A stretch of 64,000 nt of DNA from Alphaproteobacteria bacterium. Lineage in GTDB: Bacteria; Pseudomonadota; Alphaproteobacteria; SMXQ01. Position numbers and translations under genes: made by a program. The notes beneath the pieces are model-generated. The model was not told the DNA's origin. It ran no database searches and saw only the letters and a list, made by a program, of their open reading frames with translations. Below, piece by piece: positions 56,838-64,000 of the stretch. Numbering within the stretch: the first letter of the stretch is position 1; every line of letters starts with the position of its first letter. The stretch covers positions 47,602-111,601 of the forward strand of contig DASYCO010000066.1 of the NCBI GenBank assembly GCA_036500145.1. The letters run 5' to 3'.

Positions 56838-58145
56838 ATGGCGACGGACCCGACCCCCGAGACCGACCAGGCCGAATCCTCGCCCCGTCCGGTGCCCACC
56901 GCGTCGCCGGCCCCGTCGAGGCGGATCACCAGCATCGCGGCGTTCCGCTATGCGGACTTCCGCTACTACTGGGCCTCGCGCTTCATCACCAGCGTCGCCG
57001 TGCAGATGCAGGTCGTCGCCATCGGCTGGCAGGTCTATGAGCTGACGCACGACCCGCTGATGCTGGGCTTCGTCGGCCTCGCCGAATTCCTGCCGTCGCT
57101 GCTGCTGGCCCTCGTCACGGGCGCCGCCTCCGACCGCTTCGACCGCCGCATGATCCTGACGATCTGCTACACCGTCGAGACGCTGTGCGCGACGGCCTTC
57201 TTCCTGATGACCTGGTACGGACTGGTGCAGGTCTGGCCGGTCTTCGCCGTGCTCGTCACCCTCGGCATCGCGCGCGCCTTCTCGCAGCCGGCGCAGTCGG
57301 CGCTGATGCCCAACCTGGTGCCGCGCGAGCATTTCGGCAACGCCGTGGCCTGGAGCAGCCTCGCCTGGCAGATCGCCTCGATCGGCGGGCCGGCGCTCGG
57401 CGGCGCCGTGCTGGCGCTGTTCGACACGGACATCGTCTTCATCACGGCCGCCGTCGCCATCGCAGCCTCGACGGTGATGATGGCCTGCGTGCACGCCCAT
57501 GCGGCCGGCGGCGACCGCGAGCCGGTGACGCTGAAGAGCCTGCTCGGCGGCTTCATCTTCATGCGCGAGAAGCCGATCATCCTCGGCGCGATCTCGCTTG
57601 ACCTGGCGGCGGTGCTGCTCGGCGGCGCGGTGTCCCTGCTGCCGGTCTACGCCAGCGACATCCTGAAGGTCGGCCCGGAAGGCCTCGGCATGCTGCGCGC
57701 CGCGCCCGGCGTCGGCGCCTTCGTCGTCGCCTTCTTCCTCACGCAGTACCCGATCCGCCGCAACCTCGGCCATGTCATGTTCGCCTGCGTCATGCTGTGG
57801 GGCGTCTGCATCACGATCTTCGGCTTCTCGACGGTCTTCTGGGTGTCGCTGATCGCGCTCGGCATATCGGGCGCCGCCGACATGGTCAGCGTCTTCATCC
57901 GCCAGAACATCGTGCAGATCGGCACGCCGGACGTGATGCGCGGCCGCGTCAGCGCGGTCAACTCCATCTTCATCGGCGCGTCGAACGAGCTCGGCGCCTT
58001 CCGCGCCGGCGTCATGGGCTCGGCCTTCGGCGCGGTGGGCGCGGTGCTGGTCGGCGGCATCGCCACCATCGTCGTCACCGCCATCGGCATGAAGGTGTTC
58101 GGCGACCTGCGCAAGCTCGACAAGTCGGAAGACGCCGCCGCATGA
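56838..58145 (+). CDS. MFS transporter (enterobactin-exporter/ENTS-like family)
   Basis: Twelve predicted transmembrane helices. Motifs GAASDRFDRR and MRGRVSAVNSIFIGASNELGAFRAG. Confidence 0.8.
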   Translation: MATDPTPETDQAESSPRPVPTASPAPSRRITSIAAFRYADFRYYWASRFITSVAVQMQVVAIGWQVYELTHDPLMLGFVGLAEFLPSLLLALVTGAASDRFDRRMILTICYTVETLCATAFFLMTWYGLVQVWPVFAVLVTLGIARAFSQPAQSALMPNLVPREHFGNAVAWSSLAWQIASIGGPALGGAVLALFDTDIVFITAAVAIAASTVMMACVHAHAAGGDREPVTLKSLLGGFIFMREKPIILGAISLDLAAVLLGGAVSLLPVYASDILKVGPEGLGMLRAAPGVGAFVVAFFLTQYPIRRNLGHVMFACVMLWGVCITIFGFSTVFWVSLIALGISGAADMVSVFIRQNIVQIGTPDVMRGRVSAVNSIFIGASNELGAFRAGVMGSAFGAVGAVLVGGIATIVVTAIGMKVFGDLRKLDKSEDAAA

Positions 58146-58155
58146 GCGAGGCCGC

Positions 58156-59415
58156 ATGACAGAACCCGCGAAGGGCGCAGCAGCGGCGACGCCGCCGCTC
58201 TCGAAGCTCGCGGTCTTCCGCCATCGCGGCTTTTCGCTGCTGGTGTTCGGCAAGATATTCGCCGTCTTCGCCAACCAGATGCAGGTCGTCGCCGTTGGCT
58301 GGCAGATCTACAACCTGACCAACGACCCGATCAACCTGGGCTTCGTCGGCCTTGCGGGCTTCATGCCGGCGATCCTGCTGATCCTCGTCACCGGCCACGT
58401 CGCCGACCGCTACGACCGGCGCCGCGTGGTGAGCGCCAGCTTCGCCGTCCAGACGCTCTGCGCGCTGCTCTACCTCGGCTTCACGGCCTTCGACCTGCAG
58501 CAGGTCTGGCTGATGTTCGCCATCGTGATCCTGTTCGGCGCGGCGCGCGCCTTCTACACGCCAGCTCTGCAGTCGCTGCTGCCCAACCTCGTGCCGAACG
58601 AGGAATATCCCAACGCCATCGCCTGGAACTCCTCGACCAGCAAGATCGCCATCATCACCGGCCCGGCGGCGGGCGGCCTGCTGTTCGGCTATTTCGGGCC
58701 GGAAGCGGTCTACGGCATCTGCGCGCTGCTCTACCTCGTCGCGACCCTGATGTTCTTCACCATCCCGACGACGACGCAGAACCGGCGCGGCAAGGAGCCG
58801 CCGAGCTGGCGTTCCCTCATGGCGGGCTTCCACTACATCCGCAACAAGCCGGTCGTGCTCGGCGCCATGACGATGGACATGTTCGCGGTACTGTTCAGCG
58901 GCCTGCCGGCGATGCTGCCGATCTATGCGCGCGACATCCTGCACATGGGGCCGGAAGGGCTCGGCTTCCTGCGCAGCGGTCCGGCCATCGGCGGCCTGGT
59001 CTCCGCCCTGGCGCTGACGCAGATCCCGGCGATGCGGCGCTCCGGCCTCGTGCTGTTCGTCTCGCTGTCGCTGTTCGGCCTCGCCACGCTGATCTTCGCC
59101 TATTCCACCCTGTTCATCGTCTCCATGGCGGCGCTCATCCTGCTCGGCGCGTCCGACGTGATCAGCGTCTACATCCGCCTGACCCTGATCCAGATGCTCA
59201 CCCCCGACGAGATGCGCGGCCGCGTCTCCGCCGTCAACTCGGTGTTCGTCACGGCCTCGAACGAGCTCGGCGACTTCCGCGCCGGCATCATGGCCTCGAT
59301 GTTCGGCGCCATGACGGCGGCCGCCGTCGGCGGCTTCGCCGTGCTCGGCGTCGCGGCCCTTTGGTCGCGCTGGTTCCCCGACCTGCGCAACGCCGACCGC
59401 CTGGACGGCAAGTAA
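58156..59415 (+). CDS. MFS transporter (tandem paralog of the preceding gene)
   Basis: Same architecture as the preceding gene. Motifs GHVADRYDRR and MRGRVSAVNSVFVTASNELGDFRAG. Confidence 0.8.
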   Translation: MTEPAKGAAAATPPLSKLAVFRHRGFSLLVFGKIFAVFANQMQVVAVGWQIYNLTNDPINLGFVGLAGFMPAILLILVTGHVADRYDRRRVVSASFAVQTLCALLYLGFTAFDLQQVWLMFAIVILFGAARAFYTPALQSLLPNLVPNEEYPNAIAWNSSTSKIAIITGPAAGGLLFGYFGPEAVYGICALLYLVATLMFFTIPTTTQNRRGKEPPSWRSLMAGFHYIRNKPVVLGAMTMDMFAVLFSGLPAMLPIYARDILHMGPEGLGFLRSGPAIGGLVSALALTQIPAMRRSGLVLFVSLSLFGLATLIFAYSTLFIVSMAALILLGASDVISVYIRLTLIQMLTPDEMRGRVSAVNSVFVTASNELGDFRAGIMASMFGAMTAAAVGGFAVLGVAALWSRWFPDLRNADRLDGK

Positions 59416-59430
59416 GGCGCGCGAGAAATA

Positions 59431-59456
59431 AAAAGGCCGGCTTTCGCCGGCCTTTT
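59431..59456. terminator. bidirectional rho-independent terminator between convergent genes
   Basis: AAAAAGGCCGGC-TTTC-GCCGGCCTTTT, with T-runs on both strands. Confidence 0.85.
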
Positions 59457-59477
59457 CCTTGTGGGCTGCCGCAGGCT

Positions 59478-60539
59478 CTACATGCCGATCTTCACCAGGC
59501 TCTGCGCGCGCTTGATGACGTCGTCGGGCGTCGCATAGAGCTCCTTCATGATGCGTTCGGCGTCCTCGCCGTAGACGGCGCTGAGCGCGAAGCGCTGGCG
59601 CTCCAGCTCTTGGCGCATGCCGGGGTCGTCCACCGCGCTGCGGAAGGCGGCGCGCAGCATGGCGACGCGGTCGGCCGGCAGGCCCGGCGGCGCGGTGAAG
59701 GGCTGGCCGAGGATCTGGCGGCCGAACAGGAACTTGAGCACCGCCTGGTCCTCCGGGTTGGTCATCACGTCCATGATCGTCGGCACGTCGGGAAATTCGG
59801 GATCCTTCTCCAGGCCCATCTGCACGAACAGCTTCCACTTGCCCTCGGCGACGCGGTCGCGGACCAGCGCGCGGCCCGAGCCCGACCAGCCGCTCAGGAA
59901 CAGGCCGTGGACCTCGCCCTTCTCGACGGCGGCCATGGTCTCGGGCTGCCCCTGGTAGCCGGCGATGTTCTTGAACTTGGTGCCGTAGAGGTAGTTGAAC
60001 AGGCGCGCGTACATGGCGGGGTCGCCCTCGATGCCGCTGACGCCCATGGTGATCTCGGTGGTCTTCATCTCGTCGAGCGTCGTCGCCGGCGCGCTCTTCG
60101 ACACCACGCCCATGCCCATCTCCTTCACCAGGCTGCCGACCCAGGTGAACTTGGTGGCATCGAACTGCGCCTTCGATTCCTCGCCATAGAGCAGCGGCGC
60201 GGTCGGGATGGCGCGCGCCATGATCATCAGCGTCGAGCCGTCCTTCGGCGCCACGTTGTAGAGGTAGTTGGCGGCGCGCATGCCGCCGCCGCCGGGCAGG
60301 TTGTTGGTGATGAAGGTCGGGCTGCCGGGCAGGTACTTGCTCAGGAAGCGGCCGGTGGTGCGGGCGTAGGTGTCGTAGCTGCCGCCGGCGGCGCTGCCGA
60401 CGACGATCGTCATGTTCTTCTGCGCCTTGTAGAACTGCTCGGCGGACTGCGCGAAGGCGAGGGACGGAGCCAGCAGGCCCCCGGCGAGAAGGCTTCCGGC
60501 GAGAAGGGGCGCGCAGAACTTGGCGGGGGAAAAGGTCAT
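59478..60539 (-). CDS. Bug/TctC-like periplasmic solute-binding protein (paralog 1)
   Basis: Signal peptide. Motifs VVGSAAGGSYDTYAR, NNLPGGGGMRAANYLY, GEESKAQFDATKF. The family call is from memory of tripartite tricarboxylate transporter receptors. Confidence 0.6.
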   Translation of the reverse strand: MTFSPAKFCAPLLAGSLLAGGLLAPSLAFAQSAEQFYKAQKNMTIVVGSAAGGSYDTYARTTGRFLSKYLPGSPTFITNNLPGGGGMRAANYLYNVAPKDGSTLMIMARAIPTAPLLYGEESKAQFDATKFTWVGSLVKEMGMGVVSKSAPATTLDEMKTTEITMGVSGIEGDPAMYARLFNYLYGTKFKNIAGYQGQPETMAAVEKGEVHGLFLSGWSGSGRALVRDRVAEGKWKLFVQMGLEKDPEFPDVPTIMDVMTNPEDQAVLKFLFGRQILGQPFTAPPGLPADRVAMLRAAFRSAVDDPGMRQELERQRFALSAVYGEDAERIMKELYATPDDVIKRAQSLVKIGM

Positions 60540-60563
60540 CGATCTTGCTCCTGCTTTTTTTAT

Positions 60564-61619
60564 CTACTGGGCGGCTTTGAGTAGGGCGCGCGTGTTCTCG
60601 ACGGTCTCGCCCGAGGTCGTGTAGATGCGCTGGACGATTTCCTGCGCCTCCTCGCCGAACACCGGGCTGATGGCGTATTTCTGCTTCTCGGCCTCGGCGA
60701 GCAGGTCCTTGTCGCTGAGCGACTTGCGGAAGGCGTCGCGCAGCAGGGCGACGCGGTCGGCGGGCACGCCGGGCGGAGCCACGAAGGGCCGGCCGAGGAT
60801 CTGGCGGTCGAACAGCAGCGTCAGGATCTGCTGGTTCTTCTCGCCGGGCAGCACGTCGAACACGCTCGGCGCCTCGTCATGCTCGGGATCCTTGCGGCTG
60901 GTCATCTGCACGAAGACCTTCCATTCGCCCTTCTTGACCTTGTCCTTGACGTAGGCGCGGCCGGCGCCCGACCAGCCGGACAGGAACAGGCCGTCGATCT
61001 CGCCCTTCTCGACGGCGAGCAGCGTCTCGGTCTGGCCGGGGTAGCCGGCGATGACCTTGATCTTGGTGCCGTAGAGCTTGTTGAACAGGCGGGCGTACAT
61101 GGCGGGATCGGTCTCCGGCCCGCTGGCGCCGAACACGACCTCCCTGGTCCTCATCTCGTCGAGCGAGGTGGCGGGCGACTTCAGCGAGACGGCGCCCATG
61201 CCCATCTCGATCACGGCGCTGCCGATCCAGTTGAACTTGGTGGCGTCGAACTGCGCCTTCGATTCCTCGCCGTAGAGCAGCGGCGCGGTGACGATGCCGC
61301 GGTCCATGATCGAGATGACGCTGCCGTCCTTCGGCGCCACCGTATAGAGGTAGTTGGCGGCGCGCATGCCGCCGGCGCCCGGCATGTTGTTGGAGATGAT
61401 CGTCGGGTTGCCTGGCATGTGCTTGCTCATGTAGCGGGTGATCATGCGGCCGTAGACGTCGTAGCTGCCGCCCGGCGCGCTGCTGATGAGGATCGTCAGC
61501 TCCGGCTTCGACTTGTAGAAGTCTGCCGCGGCATCTGCTTTGGCGGGGGGCGCGGCAGGGAGGGCAGCCGAGAGGGCGAGCAGTCCGATGCAGGCGTTGG
61601 TCTTGAAACTGGCAGCCAT
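60564..61619 (-). CDS. Bug/TctC-like periplasmic solute-binding protein (paralog 2)
   Basis: Signal peptide. Motifs ISSAPGGSYDVYGR, NNMPGAGGMRAANYLY, GEESKAQFDATKF. ATG 61619 is preceded by AAGGAG. Confidence 0.6.
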   Translation of the reverse strand: MAASFKTNACIGLLALSAALPAAPPAKADAAADFYKSKPELTILISSAPGGSYDVYGRMITRYMSKHMPGNPTIISNNMPGAGGMRAANYLYTVAPKDGSVISIMDRGIVTAPLLYGEESKAQFDATKFNWIGSAVIEMGMGAVSLKSPATSLDEMRTREVVFGASGPETDPAMYARLFNKLYGTKIKVIAGYPGQTETLLAVEKGEIDGLFLSGWSGAGRAYVKDKVKKGEWKVFVQMTSRKDPEHDEAPSVFDVLPGEKNQQILTLLFDRQILGRPFVAPPGVPADRVALLRDAFRKSLSDKDLLAEAEKQKYAISPVFGEEAQEIVQRIYTTSGETVENTRALLKAAQ

Positions 61620-61708
61620 GACTCGACTCCTTTGACGGGGTTGCATGACTGCGCCTGGGGGCAGCGCAGGGCGGCGTGAGCGTCGCGACTGGGGCGCGTG
61701 CTGTCGGC

Positions 61709-62773
61709 TTACTGGGCGGCGGGTGCCTTCACGTAGGTGCGGATCTTGGCGATAACGTCGGGCGGCGTCTTGTAGACGGCCTCGATCATCTTCTGCGTCG
61801 TCTCGCCGTCGATCGGGCGGATGTAGCGGCGCGACTTGTCGCCTTCGAGCACCAGCTCCGGGTCGGCGCAGGCCTGCATGAACACGTCGCGCAGGAACTT
61901 CACGCGGTCGGCCGGCACGTCCGGCGGCGCCACGAAGGGCCGGCCGAGCTCGAGGCGGCCGAGGATGACCTCCATCACCTGGCGGTCGTCGTCGTTCTTG
62001 ATCAGCTCCATGATCGTCGGCACGTCGCCGACGGCGGGGTCGCGCTTGAACGACATCTGCACCATGAAGCCGACCTCGTTCTTCGCGAACATGCCGAGAA
62101 GCTGCTCGCGCGTCTGGCCCGACCAGCCGCTCATGAACAGGCCGTCGAGCTCGCCCTTCTGCACGGCGAGCACCACTTCCGGCTGGCCCTTGTAGGCGGT
62201 GATGAGCCTGAACTTGGTGCCGAACATCTCGTTGAGCATGCGCGGCATCATGGCGGTGTCGCCTTCCGAGCCGGTCGAGCCGAGCACGACCTCGACCTTG
62301 GTGGCCTCGGCCAGCGTCTTGGCCGGCGACTTGGCGGAGATCACGGCCATGCCAGATTCGCTCGCCGCGCTGCCGATCCAGTTCATCTTCGACGAATCGA
62401 ACTGGGTCTTGGAATCGTCGCCGTAGAGCAGGGGGGCCGTCGGCAGGCCGCGGTCCATGATCGAGATGACGCTGCCGTCCTTCGGGGCGACCTGGGCGAC
62501 GTAGTTGGCGGCGCGCACGCCGCCGGCGCCCGGCATGTTGTTGACGATGATGGTCGGGTTGCCCGGCAGGTACTTGCTCATGTAGCGACCGATCATGCGG
62601 GCGTAGCCGTCGTAGCCGCCGCCGGCGGCGCTGCCGACGATCATGAACATTTCTTTCTTCGACTTGTAGAATTCCTCCGCCGTCTGGGCGTCGGCCGAAG
62701 TGGCGGCGCCTGCGGCGAGAGAAACGAGGCCGGCGAGCAAGCTGGTGGACAAACGGTGGGTCATGCGCATCAT
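61709..62773 (-). CDS. Bug/TctC-like periplasmic solute-binding protein (paralog 3)
   Basis: Signal peptide. Motifs VGSAAGGGYDGYAR, NNMPGAGGVRAANYVA, GDDSKTQFDSSKM. Confidence 0.6.
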   Translation of the reverse strand: MMRMTHRLSTSLLAGLVSLAAGAATSADAQTAEEFYKSKKEMFMIVGSAAGGGYDGYARMIGRYMSKYLPGNPTIIVNNMPGAGGVRAANYVAQVAPKDGSVISIMDRGLPTAPLLYGDDSKTQFDSSKMNWIGSAASESGMAVISAKSPAKTLAEATKVEVVLGSTGSEGDTAMMPRMLNEMFGTKFRLITAYKGQPEVVLAVQKGELDGLFMSGWSGQTREQLLGMFAKNEVGFMVQMSFKRDPAVGDVPTIMELIKNDDDRQVMEVILGRLELGRPFVAPPDVPADRVKFLRDVFMQACADPELVLEGDKSRRYIRPIDGETTQKMIEAVYKTPPDVIAKIRTYVKAPAAQ

Positions 62774-62956
62774 TTCCCCCTAGACCAGTTGACTTCGATT
62801 TTTGTCGGCGTCACTTTGATCGACAAAGTTTAGTGGACCGATCAGTGAAAGCAACGGGCGTCCGATCCCGCTGAAACGATTGCCGTTTCATTGGGCGGGA
62901 CGTGGCGTAGTTTCGACCATGCCGGTCCTTTTCGACGGCCTATGACGGGAGACATC

Positions 62957-64000
62957 ATGCGCAAGCCTAAGAAGCCGGCGAAACGGAACGCCAGCGCCAA
63001 AAAGACCGGCGCGAAGAAGGTCTTGGCCAAGAAGAGCCTGGCCAAAAAGAGCTCGGCCAAGAAGGCCATAGCCAAGAAAGCGGCGAAGAAGACCGTCGCT
63101 TCCAGGCCTGCGGCTTCCAAGGCCGCGGCGAAAACGAACCGCGCGAAGGCTACGAAGAAGGCCTCCGCCCGGAAAGCCCCGGCGAAGAAGCTCCTGGCGA
63201 AGAAGGTCGCAGGCAAGAAGGCCGTGAAGAAGGCCTCGGCGAAAAAGATCGCCAAGAAAGTCTCGGCCAAGAAGGCCGTCGCAAAGAAGGCCGTCGCAAA
63301 GAAGGCCGTGGCCAAGAAAACGAGCGCGCCGCTGCGCAAGAAGACTCATGCGCGCCCTGCGGTCCGCACCACGGCGCGCACCCGCCTCGCCGCGCGCAAC
63401 AACCGCGTTCCGTCGCGCGCCGCCACCCGCGCCGTCGTCGCGCCGGCAAAGGCGAAGCCCGCTTCCAAGCCCGTCAAGGCGCCTGCCAAGGTTCCGGCCA
63501 AGGTCCAGGCCAAGACGAAGCCTGCCGCGAGCTGGACGCCGCCGAGCGACTATTCGCGCGCGGAAGTGATCGCGGTCTCCGACCGCCTGCTGGCCCAACC
63601 CGACATTCCGCTCAAGCAGACCGAAGACGTCTTCCGCATCCATGAGGTCGGCCTCGACTGGGACATGGGCGCCATGGTCTACGAGCCGCAGGATCCCTCG
63701 AAGGTCGCGCGCGGCGCCGACGGCAAGAAGATCGGCATCTTCCTGCTGCATGGAGGCTCCGGCGACTACAAGTCGATGGAGCCCATCGCCAAGCTCTATG
63801 CCGGCAAGTTCGGCCATAAGGCCGTGGCCATGACCTTTCCGGGCCGCCACTACTTCGACAGCCCGACGCGCGACTGGCCGGGCGACACGATCAACGGCGA
63901 CGGCACCGTGCGCATGCCGATCTGGCTCAAGGGCGAGAAGATCACGCCCGACCAGTACGAGGTCGTGAACGACGACACCAAGCGCCTGCGCTACGGCGTG
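62957..64000 (+). CDS. Lys/Ala-rich (histone-H1/AlgP-like) N-terminal domain fused to an alpha/beta-hydrolase-like domain; the 3' end lies beyond the window
   Basis: Open-ended plus-strand frame that is absent from the track. My translation is [45 protein letters not shown]...(AKKAV)3...[23 protein letters not shown], then ...[44 protein letters not shown]... There is no stop through position 64000. GGGAGA lies 4 nt upstream of ATG 62957. Confidence 0.7.
   Translation, partial: MRKPKKPAKRNASAKKTGAKKVLAKKSLAKKSSAKKAIAKKAAKKTVASRPAASKAAAKTNRAKATKKASARKAPAKKLLAKKVAGKKAVKKASAKKIAKKVSAKKAVAKKAVAKKAVAKKTSAPLRKKTHARPAVRTTARTRLAARNNRVPSRAATRAVVAPAKAKPASKPVKAPAKVPAKVQAKTKPAASWTPPSDYSRAEVIAVSDRLLAQPDIPLKQTEDVFRIHEVGLDWDMGAMVYEPQDPSKVARGADGKKIGIFLLHGGSGDYKSMEPIAKLYAGKFGHKAVAMTFPGRHYFDSPTRDWPGDTINGDGTVRMPIWLKGEKITPDQYEVVNDDTKRLRYGV
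63266..63310 (+). repeat. 15-bp in-frame tandem repeat (GCMAAGAAGGCCGTS, 3 copies) encoding (AKKAV)3
   Basis: Read directly from the sequence. It is embedded in a longer, more diverged AKK-coding low-complexity region. Confidence 0.85.

Noticed and set aside
62842-63850. Minus-strand ORFs with striking [13 protein letters not shown] repeats (62842-63339) and a 320-aa ORF (62888-63850).
   Set aside because: They are antisense images of the plus-strand AKK-repeat gene, because GCC-AAG-AAG read backwards gives CTT-CTT-GGC. The plus frame continues into a globular domain with good codon bias, so the minus frames are artefacts.

Overview
This is a very GC-rich chromosomal segment. Gene content and order (rpmH-rnpA-yidD-yidC-engB-argB, dapE-dapD, argD-argF-hslO, apaG-metZ) look alphaproteobacterial, probably Hyphomicrobiales/Rhizobiales-like; that placement is inferred, and no database search was possible.

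Most of the window is ordinary core metabolism and housekeeping:
- biotin (bioF, bioB, bioA)
- rmuC, def-fmt-truA, dapE/dapD
- the rpmH-to-argB block
- panB/panC, argD/argF, hslO, trkH, folE, apaG, metZ
- two tRNAs: Arg-ACG and Gly-CCC

I saw no transposase, integrase, phage genes, CRISPR array or recognisable defence system. The many long ORFs in the supplied track that overlap real genes are high-GC shadow frames.

I cannot point to a clear, self-contained novel system. The less ordinary parts, in rough order of interest, are:
1. A translationally coupled EAL / PAS-GAF-GGDEF / DUF2336 operon.
2. An open-ended gene encoding a roughly 190-aa Lys/Ala-rich histone-H1-like domain fused to an alpha/beta-hydrolase-like domain.
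3. An abrupt AT-rich, palindrome-dense 150-bp spacer in front of an orphan 148-aa ORF.
4. A terminator-like hairpin inside the metZ leader, a candidate riboswitch or attenuator.
5. A 48-bp tandem repeat that copies the 3' end of trkH.
6. An ECF sigma module flanked by two Spy/CpxP-like proteins, next to tRNA-Arg.
7. A Rieske oxygenase / solute-binding protein / twin secreted RidA / LysR cluster.
8. Tandem paralog arrays: three Bug-like binding proteins and two MFS transporters.

All calls rest on reading the translations and sequence by eye. Start codons are best guesses.
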